From an uncultured Muribaculaceae bacterium (lineage in GTDB: Bacteria; Bacteroidota; Bacteroidia; Bacteroidales; Muribaculaceae): 64,000 nt of DNA. The position numbers were made by a program, and so were the translations under genes. The notes below the pieces were generated by a model. The model was not told the origin of the DNA. It did no database searches and saw only the letters and a program-made list of their open reading frames with translations. Shown here one piece after another: positions 41,098-51,560 of the stretch. Where the stretch lies: NCBI GenBank assembly GCA_949742535.1, contig CATJQX010000095.1, positions 13 to 64,012 on the forward strand, given 5' to 3'. Positions within the stretch are counted from its first letter, which is position 1, and each line of letters begins with the position of its first letter.

Positions 41098-41742
41098 ATG
41101 CAGATACAACGTTTTGAATTCAATCTTTTCGGAGAAAATACATATGTGATCTATGATGCGGAATCGTTGGAGGCAGCTGTCATAGACCCCGGAATGTCAG
41201 ATGCCCAGGAGGTGAATAAATTATCCGGCTATATCAAGGGACATTCCCTTAAACTGAAATACATTCTCCTGACCCATGCACATATAGACCATACTTTTGG
41301 AATAGATGCGTTGCGTGTCATGTATCCCGATGTGCCGGTTGTGGGACATAAGGCAGATCTGCCTCTCGCCGCCAACCGTGTACAACAGGCGAAAATGTTT
41401 CATTTGCCAATAAATGTCACACCGCTTGAAATGGACCGGTTCGTAGATGACAAAAGCATACTGACCCTTGGCAAGGAGGAAATAAAGGTGATTTCCACAC
41501 CAGGACATTCTCCGGGCGGTGTCTGTTACTATATCCCATCGGCGGGTATGGTGATAACAGGCGATACATTGTTTGCAGGTTCTATAGGAAGAGTGGATTT
41601 GCCCGGGGGAAACGGCACGGCATTATTGAACAGTGTGCGGAATAAACTTATGTCGTTGCCCCCCTCGACAATCGTATATCCCGGACATGGCCCTGCGACA
41701 ACCATTTCACGGGAGGAACATACCAATCCTTTCCTCCGGTAG
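41098..41742 (+). CDS. MBL-fold metallo-hydrolase (glyoxalase II-like)
   Basis: THAHIDH, TPGHSPG, GDTLF, PGHG. Confidence 0.9.
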   Translation: MQIQRFEFNLFGENTYVIYDAESLEAAVIDPGMSDAQEVNKLSGYIKGHSLKLKYILLTHAHIDHTFGIDALRVMYPDVPVVGHKADLPLAANRVQQAKMFHLPINVTPLEMDRFVDDKSILTLGKEEIKVISTPGHSPGGVCYYIPSAGMVITGDTLFAGSIGRVDLPGGNGTALLNSVRNKLMSLPPSTIVYPGHGPATTISREEHTNPFLR

Positions 41743-41821
41743 AGAACATTCGATAAATCTCTCACCGAGATTATTAAAATGATTATAGCTGACGGCATCG
41801 GTGTGGATCACGCTGTTGCCG

Positions 41822-42607
41822 TCATTGTTTTGCGGGAAACCATAGTGATAGTGTGTCACGCAAAAGAGAGTCGGACTGGTTTAATACCCATCCGTGGAAT
41901 TGATTGAATGAAATGCCGAGTGAGGCGTCGAGCTGTGGGTAACGCTCAAGAAGAGGAGCGGCCACACGGGCGCTTACTACTACACGTGGCAGTTCTCCAA
42001 CAGCGGTGAGTATTACCAATTGCTCGGACGAATAGGCGGAGTCTTCGCGTATGTAGATAGTATCTCCAATCTCGTGAGACAGGTTTCTGAGGCGTGATAT
42101 GAACGGCGATCCTTTCGGAAGGACAACCTCTTGTTTTGCAAGGTCAAATTGTGTTGTTATGAGCGGGGAGTCTGTGGCGCTGTCTTTCCGTTGTACCAAT
42201 ACCTGACGGTCTATGCCGACCGGATCTATAAAAAGATATTTCTGTTTGAGTTCAGCTGTAGCCGGGATGTCGCTGACGACAAGCCGGTATTTGCCGGCAT
42301 CAAGTCCCTGTAACGCCGTTTCAAGCTGAGTGAAAGGATGATATTTTATAGTCCTGCCATGTTTTCTGGCGGCCTGATCAAGCATTGTGTAATATACACC
42401 TCCGAGGGTGTCGCCGGACATGGAAACACCCATAGGGGATATTTCTATTGCGACATTAAGCGTGTCGCCTCCGGCTAAGTGCTCCGTTTTGGGAGGCAAC
42501 TGCCTCGCGGAACATTCCTTTAGCATGAACATTCCGCCCAAAGCCACAACCAGTAAAAGCAGGTATAGCGACATGTTGCCTTTTTTCTGCGGGATTTTTT
42601 CAAACAT
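41822..42607 (-). CDS. Family 3 substrate-binding-domain protein (resembles the MltF N-terminal domain)
   Basis: N-terminal anchor, GDTLNVA, QVLVQR, LRNLSHEIGDTIYI; no SLT domain. Confidence 0.75.
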   Translation of the reverse strand: MFEKIPQKKGNMSLYLLLLVVALGGMFMLKECSARQLPPKTEHLAGGDTLNVAIEISPMGVSMSGDTLGGVYYTMLDQAARKHGRTIKYHPFTQLETALQGLDAGKYRLVVSDIPATAELKQKYLFIDPVGIDRQVLVQRKDSATDSPLITTQFDLAKQEVVLPKGSPFISRLRNLSHEIGDTIYIREDSAYSSEQLVILTAVGELPRVVVSARVAAPLLERYPQLDASLGISFNQFHGWVLNQSDSLLRDTLSLWFPAKQ

Positions 42608-42851
42608 AACGTATAAGGTATTACCACATAAGTAAGTCGTGGAAATTATTTTATATTATCCGGGAGCATATTTTCAGTCGGCTTTTGTCTGAAGATGAGG
42701 GCGAAAACCGGCGAAAGGATGCCGCAGGGAATATAAAGCCTGTTGTATGTTTTATGCGGAATAATTTTCATGACTTACTTATTTATAAAAAATCCGGATG
42801 CCATGAAGTTCATTCACCCCCCTGCTTACGAGTTAGGTCTGATGAATTTGC

Positions 42852-44828
42852 TCAGTTTGCGAAATCAATGCTAAGGCCGAGTTGAAATCTGCGCGGATTC
42901 ATCGGATAATGTGGCATTGAGAAATACATTGTGCCAGTCATGCCCTGATTGAGGTGCGACATCATGAGATAGAACCGGCATTTTGAAAGTTTACAGTTGA
43001 GATAGGCGCTTACAAAAGGATAATCGCCTATGTCAATCTTGCTCTGATTATAGAATCCCATTGTGGCAGGCTGATAATCAACTCCCTTGTATTTCGTGAA
43101 GTAATCGCAATTCAATCCGAGCTGTACATGCAGTGTCGCTATCCGGAACAGGACATACATATTGGTTGTAAGTGCCAGATTTGGCAATGGTATCACTGAA
43201 GACTGGCTTGTTGTCTGGTATGTCACTGTATTGTCCCAGTTGAACACGCCGAATTTGAAATTCTGTTTCAGTGTGGCGCTGAATATCTGCACGCTTCCGC
43301 CATATTGTACCGGCAACGCCTGTTCGTTGAAATAAATCTGGTTCTGCAGATTTTCTACAGAGGCCGATACCGATGTTCGTGTCCAGGGTATCATCAATTC
43401 GCCTCCGAGCCGCAAAGAGCGGGTCTTTGAAAAATCGTTCTCCCATACGAAGTGGTTGGACTTCATGTGCTGCATAAGCCAGGGAGCGGTCAGGTTTGTG
43501 AAATGACCGCCCGCTTTTACAGCGACGGTATCTCCGAAGAGTGGTATACGGGTGATGATGTGGCCGTTTACCTTGATTTCTCCTGCTGCGGGTCCGATCA
43601 ATCCGATTTCTCCGGTAACGTTGTAGTTGAAAATGCGCCCCTGCTGTTTTGTCAGCTGTGCTCCTACCCAGGCGAGGTTCTGTGTTTCGCTCGTAGTCAT
43701 ATTGGGGAAAGGATCATCTTTCATTATTTCGGATTGCGCTTCTGTGGGTTCCTCGCGGTCTGTCAGCATAGAGTAATGACGCACCTCATGTGTTACAAAA
43801 GCTGAAAGTCCGGCTTTCGCATATTTGTTGAACCCTTCAAGTAGTGAAATGCCTACTGTATTGCGGATTTTCCACAATTTCTGCCGGTCATTCGTATAAT
43901 TTGGCGAAAAGTAGGTGTTATCCCAGAATGAGAGGTTCTGTTCGGCATTGTCGTTAAAAAACTTATGGAATCCGTCGGTATACTGGAATGTCCATATCAC
44001 ACTTGTTACGGGCACAAGTGTGCGGTTTACCGTGGTGTCATTCACTTGCTCTTCTTTCCAGAATCCCATCTTATAACGGCTGTTGAGATACAGGTCTGTA
44101 CCTTCCACACGGTTGAACGACCCGGTAAGGTTAACCGGTATGTCCTTACAGTTTACAGAAGTGTTGCCACCCTGCACAATGGCCGGATCGCGGATATACG
44201 CGTCGTCGGTAATACCTCCGTTTTCTTTCTGCAGGAGGTTGAAATGGTAGAAATTACCTTGAAATTCAAATCGTTCCCCGATATAGGATCCTGAAAGACC
44301 CCATGTCAGATCTTTCGCAGCCTGATAATCATAGCAGCCTTTGGAATAAATATAATCAATCATAGCGCCCACCTGGACCCTTTTGTTGGCATTTGCCGAG
44401 AAAATGGTCTGAAACCTGTCCTGTCCGTCCTGCTTGCCACCTCCGAAATTATAGCTCAGCAGGGTCATGGGTATGCGTGTGTTGTACCATTTGATGGAGT
44501 TCTCCGACGGGATCCATGCGCTTATGGCATCGCGATAATAGAAATCACTGGTTACAGGTCTCTCCATAAAAAGCATGTTACGTCCCGAACCGCAATAGTT
44601 TCCGGTGGCAGCATACGCATAACTTACTTCCTGAGGTATGAACTCAAGTGAATAATTCTGATAGAGTGTATCAATTGAAACCGGTTCGCGCAAACCAAGA
44701 GGAGGAACCGCTTTCCATGCATATGAGGGCTCGAGGACGGTTTTTTTTGCCTGGACCATAAAGACCGTGCAAAATGCCACTGTCAGATATATATAGATCT
44801 TTAATTTATTCCGTACCATAATATTCAA
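42852..44828 (-). CDS. Putative porin (Bacteroidetes PF14121 type)
   Basis: YNTRIPMT.LSY, ENGGITD, YPMNPR, C-terminal LSIDFAN; start may be a downstream Met. Confidence 0.8.
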   Translation of the reverse strand: MNIMVRNKLKIYIYLTVAFCTVFMVQAKKTVLEPSYAWKAVPPLGLREPVSIDTLYQNYSLEFIPQEVSYAYAATGNYCGSGRNMLFMERPVTSDFYYRDAISAWIPSENSIKWYNTRIPMTLLSYNFGGGKQDGQDRFQTIFSANANKRVQVGAMIDYIYSKGCYDYQAAKDLTWGLSGSYIGERFEFQGNFYHFNLLQKENGGITDDAYIRDPAIVQGGNTSVNCKDIPVNLTGSFNRVEGTDLYLNSRYKMGFWKEEQVNDTTVNRTLVPVTSVIWTFQYTDGFHKFFNDNAEQNLSFWDNTYFSPNYTNDRQKLWKIRNTVGISLLEGFNKYAKAGLSAFVTHEVRHYSMLTDREEPTEAQSEIMKDDPFPNMTTSETQNLAWVGAQLTKQQGRIFNYNVTGEIGLIGPAAGEIKVNGHIITRIPLFGDTVAVKAGGHFTNLTAPWLMQHMKSNHFVWENDFSKTRSLRLGGELMIPWTRTSVSASVENLQNQIYFNEQALPVQYGGSVQIFSATLKQNFKFGVFNWDNTVTYQTTSQSSVIPLPNLALTTNMYVLFRIATLHVQLGLNCDYFTKYKGVDYQPATMGFYNQSKIDIGDYPFVSAYLNCKLSKCRFYLMMSHLNQGMTGTMYFSMPHYPMNPRRFQLGLSIDFAN

Positions 44829-44991
44829 GTTACAAAATTAGCGAAAATTCCACTAACTGTAAAATCAAGTGACCGGCAGTCTGAAATTATTTTAAGCGAC
44901 AGATGCCTCATCCTGTGGGGTGCATGGATGATCGAGAACTTTTGTCGGAGATTTGTGTCAACAATCCACGGCATACAGGCGTTTGGGAAAT

Positions 44992-46977
44992 ATGAATAAC
45001 CCCGATCCATCACAGATGTCTACTTTAAAACGTGTATCACTGACAGGGCTTTTGGTTACGACCGGTATTGTATTCGGTGATATCGGCACATCACCGTTAT
45101 ATGTAATGAAAGCCATCGTAGGCGTTAATCCCCGTTTTGACGAGGATTATATAGCCGGCGCCATATCCTGTATAATATGGGTACTTACTCTTCAGACTAC
45201 CGTAAAATATGTGGTATTCGCATTGCGTGCCGACAACCATGGAGAAGGGGGAATATTGGCATTATTCGCTCTGTTGCGCCGTTTGCCCGTAAAATGGCTG
45301 TATATCGCAGGCGCATTGGGAGCGGCTGCCCTTGTGGCTGACGGTGTGATAACACCGGCCATTACTGTCACCTCCGCTATAGAAGGCTTGCAGGAGATTA
45401 TCCCGTCTATACCTGTAGTGCCTGTCGTAGCGTTAGTGATAATAATGATTTTTCTGATGCAACAGGCCGGTACCGGAAAGATCGGCACTCTTTTCGGACC
45501 GTTCATGATGTTGTGGTTTCTGATGCTGGGCATTCTCGGTGGCATGAATCTGGTTGCATATCCACAGATATTGAAGGCTTTCAATCCGTGGTATGCGATA
45601 AAATTGTTGATCGCTTCCCCTGAATGGTTTCTTATACTTGGCGCAGTTTTTCTGTGTACAACCGGAGCGGAAGCATTATACTCCGATCTCGGTCATTGTG
45701 GCAGAAAAAACATCACTATAAGCTGGGCGTTTGTAAAATCCATGTTGATACTCAATTATCTTGGACAGGGCGCATGGCTCGTTTCACATTCCGGTGCAGA
45801 AATTTCCACGCTAAATCCCTTTTATGCGATCATGCCTGAGCATTTCAGGATTGTGGGTGTGGTTATGTCGGCGGGAGCAGCCATAATAGCAAGCCAGGCG
45901 TTGCTGAGCGGTTCGTTTACTATTTTTTCAGAGGCGATTAATCTGGGCTTCTGGCCAAGGTTGAAAATAAAATATCCCTCTGTAGAGAAAGGACAATTAT
46001 ACATTCCGGCTATAAACTGGTCTCTTCTTGCCGGCTGTCTGATGACAGTAGTGATTTTCCGTGATTCAGGACACATGGAGGCTGCCTATGGCCTTGCTAT
46101 CACGGTGACGATGATCATGACCACCGTTCTTCTCACTCTTTGGCTTCATGAGCGGGGAGTGAACCGTTTTTTATGCGGATTGTTCGCCCTCATATTTATT
46201 ACGATAGAAGGGATATTTCTTACGGCGAATCTATTCAAATTCGCTCATGGAGGATGGTTCAGTCTGCTTATCGCAGGAATTGTGGCGGGGATCATGATAA
46301 TATGGCGCAATTCCACTCTCGTGCGTTCCAGGTTTATCGAATACAGAAATTTAGATGATTGTGTACCACTTATTTCCGATATAAAAGCTGACAGAGAGAT
46401 ACCGAAATATGCCTCGAATCTGGTCTATTTAAGCGGTTCTTCCGATGAAACTATGATAGAGAGCAAACTGATATATTCCATAGTGAACAAGCAGCCCAAA
46501 CGCGCCGACCATTATTGGTTTATACATATTGATAATGTAGACGCGCCTGAGACACTGGAATATTCTGTGGATATAGTAAAACCACACGCCATCTATTTCG
46601 TGACACTGTATCTCGGTTTCAGGATAGAGCCTAAAATAAGCGTTTATTTAAGGCAGATAGTGGAGGACCTTGTGGCGTCCGGAGATCTGGATCTTACCAG
46701 TTCATACCCATCTTTACACAAACGCGGGATACCAGGTGATTTCAGGTTTATTATTCTGCATCGTCTTTTTTCTCCTTCAAGCAACTGCAGACAGGGAGAA
46801 TCCATGCTTATGCGGCTTCACGAAGCTCTGCGTCGTATCGGTGTTTCTTACAGCACTTCCCTGGGACTGGATACGAGTATCGTTACACTGGAAACTGTGC
46901 CTTTGATTATCAATACTTCTCCAGGGAGACGCATTTTGCCGTGCGATACTACACATTATGACGGACGTACTTCCTGA
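44992..46977 (+). CDS. kup: KUP/HAK/KT potassium transporter
   Basis: GIVFGDIGTSPLY, ADNHGEGG, TGAEALYSDLGH, GQLYIP, AYGLA. Confidence 0.95.
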   Translation: MNNPDPSQMSTLKRVSLTGLLVTTGIVFGDIGTSPLYVMKAIVGVNPRFDEDYIAGAISCIIWVLTLQTTVKYVVFALRADNHGEGGILALFALLRRLPVKWLYIAGALGAAALVADGVITPAITVTSAIEGLQEIIPSIPVVPVVALVIIMIFLMQQAGTGKIGTLFGPFMMLWFLMLGILGGMNLVAYPQILKAFNPWYAIKLLIASPEWFLILGAVFLCTTGAEALYSDLGHCGRKNITISWAFVKSMLILNYLGQGAWLVSHSGAEISTLNPFYAIMPEHFRIVGVVMSAGAAIIASQALLSGSFTIFSEAINLGFWPRLKIKYPSVEKGQLYIPAINWSLLAGCLMTVVIFRDSGHMEAAYGLAITVTMIMTTVLLTLWLHERGVNRFLCGLFALIFITIEGIFLTANLFKFAHGGWFSLLIAGIVAGIMIIWRNSTLVRSRFIEYRNLDDCVPLISDIKADREIPKYASNLVYLSGSSDETMIESKLIYSIVNKQPKRADHYWFIHIDNVDAPETLEYSVDIVKPHAIYFVTLYLGFRIEPKISVYLRQIVEDLVASGDLDLTSSYPSLHKRGIPGDFRFIILHRLFSPSSNCRQGESMLMRLHEALRRIGVSYSTSLGLDTSIVTLETVPLIINTSPGRRILPCDTTHYDGRTS

Positions 46978-47480
46978 AGGGCCTTATACAGGTATGAGCG
47001 GAAGTGCTTTGTCCCATAGCGTTCATGCGACAGGATCTCTGCAAGTTGAGCGAGAACCTTGTCTGCCACAAGATTGCGGTCGGCTATTTCTACTGTAAGT
47101 ATCACTATGGATCTGATGCCACGGATGAGGGTATCAGTAAAGTAATATTGCCTTTCGCACTGTAATGCTGTGGTGATTACATGCATAAGTAACTCAATCT
47201 CTTTATCGAACCCCGGATGATACCCCTGAAACTCTTTATACAGTCGACGTATATTGGTTATACGGGCTTTGGTGTATCCTCGTTTGCTGCGGGAAAACTC
47301 GCCGGAGATCTCCCGCATATATTTGTCCGTAAGTTTTTCTACGTCCGGATTGATAAAATAATCGAAGTATTGCTTTATTTCTTTACGGGCATCATATGCC
47401 TCGAGTATCATAGACTCAAGCTGCTCTCTCGGAAGCGCCTGTATTTCTTTCTTTAACTGCAGTTTACCCATTGTGATCAA
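46956..47480 (-). CDS. DUF6155-like protein
   Basis: GKLQLKKE..EQL..ILEAY.ARKE.K.YFDYF.NPD N-terminus. Confidence 0.7.
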   Translation of the reverse strand: MITMGKLQLKKEIQALPREQLESMILEAYDARKEIKQYFDYFINPDVEKLTDKYMREISGEFSRSKRGYTKARITNIRRLYKEFQGYHPGFDKEIELLMHVITTALQCERQYYFTDTLIRGIRSIVILTVEIADRNLVADKVLAQLAEILSHERYGTKHFRSYLYKALQEVRPS

Positions 47481-49906
47481 AAGTCGATAGATAATCTGAC
47501 ATTGAATTGTCTGCGGGTAAGATAGTTGGGAACAGCATATTGAATGTTGTTCACATCGGTTACCCAGTAGTAGCTTGACACGTTGGATATATCAAGCAGA
47601 TTGAATACATCCACTCCGAGCCATACGCTTTTGAACCATTTATGAAGACCCGCCGGGTTGTCTCCCTCTTTGAGAGGCGACAACAACGCATAGTTCAGCC
47701 CGACATCCACACGTTTATATGCAGGAGCACGGAAATAACCGCGGTCACGCGAGGAGTGTGGCGCTGTTGTCGGCAGTCCGTCCGAGAAAATTCCTCTTAG
47801 CGAGAACTTGAGTTTCGGGAATTTCGGGAAATAGTCTGTGAAGAATACTGCAAGGGAATATCGCTGGTCGGTAGGACGTGGTACGGTTATACCGTTGAGG
47901 TTTTCGCCGGTTTTCATAACTGAAAAACTTATCCACGAATCCGTTCCGGGCACGAATTGTCCGAAAAGTTTCATATCAAGCCCGGTGGTATATCCGTCGG
48001 TAAGATTCTCTCCCTGATATACTATTTTCAGATTGTCAATCTCATAAGGGATTAGCTTATTCAGTTTCTTATAATATCCCTCGGCCGAAAACTTGAACGG
48101 ACGGTCGAACATGCGGAAAGTATAGTCCGCGCCGAGTATCAGATGGATGCTCTGCTGCGATTTTATATCGCTGTTCAGGTCTATTATCGTGTTGCCGTAA
48201 GAGTCCTCTACCGGACGGCGGAACTCTTTGTAGAATGGTTGCTGATAATATAATCCGGTAGCGAAACGGAATGTCCATGAGTTGTTCCTTTCCGGCACAA
48301 ATGCCACGTTTGCTCTCGGTGATAGAAGAAATTCTTTATTGAAATCCCAATATGAAAAACGTAAGCCTGCATTGAATGCGAAATATCCGGCAGAGGTATT
48401 GAGACGGTATGAATCAGACAGATAGAAAGCGAGGCGATTTGTGGAAAGATTGTGGCGCGAGGTCAGGTTGTATATCATGCGTATGTTCTGGCCGTCGGAA
48501 GGAAGTGTGAAACCTGCGGAGTCGCGCAACTCCCATTCGCGTGTACGTTCCATAATCGTCTGGCGATTGAAAGTCATGCCATACGTAAGATTGTGTCTGC
48601 TCACCGATGTATGTCCCTGCAGTCCGAGTGAGAATACGGAAATCTTTAGGCGGTTTCGTGCGTGCTCATGGTACCGGCCGACTCCCAGCTCACCACCCAC
48701 AGCGTTGTCGGGATTCCCTTCTCCGGTGGTGCCTGCCTGGTCAAGCCAGTATTCACCGCTGATATCGTATGCCACAAGCTCATTTGTCAGGTAGCCAGAT
48801 GCAAGGAGCGAGAAACTGGTGCTTTTTGAATGGTTGTATGACAGGTTGAGCGCTCCGAAATATGTCTCGAAGCGGTCTTTCTCCTGGCCGTCAAAGTAGA
48901 CTTTGAATTGTTTCGCGTCGGTGGATGTGCCGAAGTTTGTCTCTCGGTTCACCGGTCTGAACTTATAATTATTTACAGCGATATTCCCCAGAAACGACGC
49001 TTTCCATTTGTTGTTGAACCGGAAAACCAGATTGGTCTGATAATCCAGAAAGTTAGGGTCATATTCACCTTTTGTCTCAAGAGAGCTGAGTAGTGATGAG
49101 TTTCTTTTATACCTGATACCGTGGAGTTGTGAGAACTTTTTTGAACTTTGTCCCAATGCAGCTGAGGCTCCCATCAGTGAACCGCTTACAGATCCTTCGA
49201 ATGATTCCGGTTCACGGTATGTTATATCAAGAGCCGATGACATTTTATCACCGTATTCCACGCCGAATCCGCCGGTTGAGAAACTGACAGATCCTACCAT
49301 ATCAGGATTTATGACACTGAGGCCTTCCTGTTGGCCCGATGATACGAGTTGAGGACGGTAAACCTCTATGCCGTTTATGTAAACCGAGTTTTCGTCATAA
49401 CTGCCACCTCTTACAGAATACTGGCTTGACATTTCATTGTTGGAATTGACACCGGCGAGAGTGGTCAGCATTGATTCCACACTGCCCCCGGTTGCATCCG
49501 CCGCAAGTTTATAGCTCTCGGTGTCAATGGTCTGCATCTGGTTGGTTTGTTTCTTGAAATCAGTCACTTGAATTTCCCGTAGCTCGTGATCCTTTGAGCG
49601 CATGCGCACGTTAAGTGCCAGATCTCCTTTTGGGTCGATTAGCGTGCGTTTCAGTTCGTCGTATCCGATGCAGGAGAATATCACTACAAGCGTGTCGTTG
49701 GCCGGAGGGGGACAAGACAGTTTGAATGTTCCGTCAAGGCCGGTATGTGTGCCTATGGCTGTGCCGCTTATGCGGACAGTCACAAACTCCAGAGGCGCAT
49801 CCTCGGCATCTATGACTTTTCCATGGAGTTTTATCTGTCCCGAGACATTGAGGGCGGTTAGAAATATAAGTGACAGTATGATATGTACTTTCAGGAATAT
49901 CTTCAT
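47477..49906 (-). CDS. TonB-dependent receptor with N-terminal carboxypeptidase-like domain
   Basis: GKVID..PLEF, plug YSVRGG..EN..YING, SPR, C-terminal LSIDF; start chosen at MKIFLK. Confidence 0.88.
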   Translation of the reverse strand: MKIFLKVHIILSLIFLTALNVSGQIKLHGKVIDAEDAPLEFVTVRISGTAIGTHTGLDGTFKLSCPPPANDTLVVIFSCIGYDELKRTLIDPKGDLALNVRMRSKDHELREIQVTDFKKQTNQMQTIDTESYKLAADATGGSVESMLTTLAGVNSNNEMSSQYSVRGGSYDENSVYINGIEVYRPQLVSSGQQEGLSVINPDMVGSVSFSTGGFGVEYGDKMSSALDITYREPESFEGSVSGSLMGASAALGQSSKKFSQLHGIRYKRNSSLLSSLETKGEYDPNFLDYQTNLVFRFNNKWKASFLGNIAVNNYKFRPVNRETNFGTSTDAKQFKVYFDGQEKDRFETYFGALNLSYNHSKSTSFSLLASGYLTNELVAYDISGEYWLDQAGTTGEGNPDNAVGGELGVGRYHEHARNRLKISVFSLGLQGHTSVSRHNLTYGMTFNRQTIMERTREWELRDSAGFTLPSDGQNIRMIYNLTSRHNLSTNRLAFYLSDSYRLNTSAGYFAFNAGLRFSYWDFNKEFLLSPRANVAFVPERNNSWTFRFATGLYYQQPFYKEFRRPVEDSYGNTIIDLNSDIKSQQSIHLILGADYTFRMFDRPFKFSAEGYYKKLNKLIPYEIDNLKIVYQGENLTDGYTTGLDMKLFGQFVPGTDSWISFSVMKTGENLNGITVPRPTDQRYSLAVFFTDYFPKFPKLKFSLRGIFSDGLPTTAPHSSRDRGYFRAPAYKRVDVGLNYALLSPLKEGDNPAGLHKWFKSVWLGVDVFNLLDISNVSSYYWVTDVNNIQYAVPNYLTRRQFNVRLSIDF

Positions 49907-50175
49907 GTTTGATAGATGTGGAGCGGCTGTGCGATACCACAGAATGCCGCTGTTATATTTGGGTGAATACATCATTCTGTATATTAACGGAAATTTTCAA
50001 ACTTAAGTATAATCCATACTGGATAAACGGCATGTTTCTGTGGTATTATACCACATGAATATTTCTGACTTCTTATGTGTGTTATCTCCGGCAAAACCCA
50101 ATAACAGAGTTCTTTGTTAAAATATATGTATACTAAATATCATCTATGAGTTGATTAAACCGATAACGCATATTT

Positions 50176-51549
50176 ATGGAAAATAATATCAGAGATAACG
50201 GCGCACACCCGCTTAAACGTGTGGTAGTGGTTGGGGCCGGTTTCGCAGGACTGAATCTTGTAAAACATCTGGATGCGGAAATGTTTGATATCACCGTGAT
50301 CGACCGTGACAATTACCATTATTTTCCGCCACTGTTTTATCAGGTCGCCTCGGCAGGCCTTGATCCGGCAAGTATTTGTTTCCCGTTGAGGAGGGAATTC
50401 AGAAAACGTGGAAGCCGCAATATTCATTTCCATCTTGGAGAGGTAAGGCATATCGACTGTTACAGACATGTAGTCTATACAAAATCCGAAGAAGTGAAGT
50501 ATGATATTCTGATCATATGCGCTGGAACCACAAACAATTTCTTCAATATGCCTCAATTGGAGAAAACGGTCTATACGCTTAAATCGACTTCCCAGGCTTT
50601 ACGCTGCCGCAACGAGATATTGGATATACTTGAACATGCCGCTATTGAGAAAAATGAGGAGAGGCAAAAAAAGATGCTCAATTTTGTAGTTATCGGTGGA
50701 GGGCCTACAGGAGTTGAGATAGCAGGAGCGATAGGGGAGATGAAACGTTATGTGCTTCCGAGAGAATATCCGTCAATACCACAGGAAAATATGACGATCA
50801 CTTTGGTGGAAGGTAACAAAAGACTGCTCGGCACGATGAGTGAGAAATCTTCCCGACAGGCTTTCAGTGATCTTAAATCACTGATGGTAGAGATCGAGCT
50901 TGGAGCAACCATGCATGATTATACCGACAATGTAGTGACGCTTGCCGACGGTAGAAAGATGGATTGCTCGCTCTTGATATGGACTGCCGGAGTCACGGGA
51001 GAGAACATCGCCATTACAGGTGATAATGGCCGGGATATGTCTCAGGATGTGCTTGGCAGAGGACGGCGCTGGAAAGTGGACGGCTTCTGCCGGGTAAAGG
51101 GGCTTGAGGGGGTATATGCGCTCGGCGACATATCAATAATGGAAAATGTCGATCCGAACTTTCCTAACGGCCATCCGCAACTTGCACAAGTGGCGATACA
51201 GGAAGGCAGGCTTGTAGCCAGAAATCTTGTGGAATTTGAAAAGCAGTCGCGTTGTTACGCAACAGGGAAGACATACGTTCCACGGGTGAAAGATTTCAGA
51301 TATAACGATAAAGGATCCATGGCCACAATCGGCAGGAACCGTGCGGTCGTGGATATGAAAAACTTACATCTGAGCGGTTTCTTCGCGTGGCTTACGTGGA
51401 TGTTCGTACATCTCATGTCGCTTCTGGGTATGCGAAACAAGATTACCGTATTGGTGAACTGGATCTGGGCATACTTCAACTACAGCACCTCCTTGCGCCT
51501 GCTTATACACCCGAGCCGTTATCCGTTGAGAAAACGTTGGATGGATTGA
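50176..51549 (+). CDS. ndh: Type II NADH dehydrogenase
   Basis: GAGFAG, PLFYQVA, GGGPTGVE, ALGD, AQVAIQ, KGSMATIGR, W.FVHL. Confidence 0.9.
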   Translation: MENNIRDNGAHPLKRVVVVGAGFAGLNLVKHLDAEMFDITVIDRDNYHYFPPLFYQVASAGLDPASICFPLRREFRKRGSRNIHFHLGEVRHIDCYRHVVYTKSEEVKYDILIICAGTTNNFFNMPQLEKTVYTLKSTSQALRCRNEILDILEHAAIEKNEERQKKMLNFVVIGGGPTGVEIAGAIGEMKRYVLPREYPSIPQENMTITLVEGNKRLLGTMSEKSSRQAFSDLKSLMVEIELGATMHDYTDNVVTLADGRKMDCSLLIWTAGVTGENIAITGDNGRDMSQDVLGRGRRWKVDGFCRVKGLEGVYALGDISIMENVDPNFPNGHPQLAQVAIQEGRLVARNLVEFEKQSRCYATGKTYVPRVKDFRYNDKGSMATIGRNRAVVDMKNLHLSGFFAWLTWMFVHLMSLLGMRNKITVLVNWIWAYFNYSTSLRLLIHPSRYPLRKRWMD

Positions 51550-51560
51550 TGGGCGAGACG

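Noticed and set aside
42608-42851. Intergenic gap with a ~41-codon minus-strand ORF (MKIIPHKTY...) and a 66-aa plus-strand ORF
   Set aside because: No motif, promoter or structure supports either ORF
46956-46977. 22-bp tail-to-tail overlap of kup and the DUF6155-like gene
   Set aside because: Short convergent overlaps are common and need no special explanation
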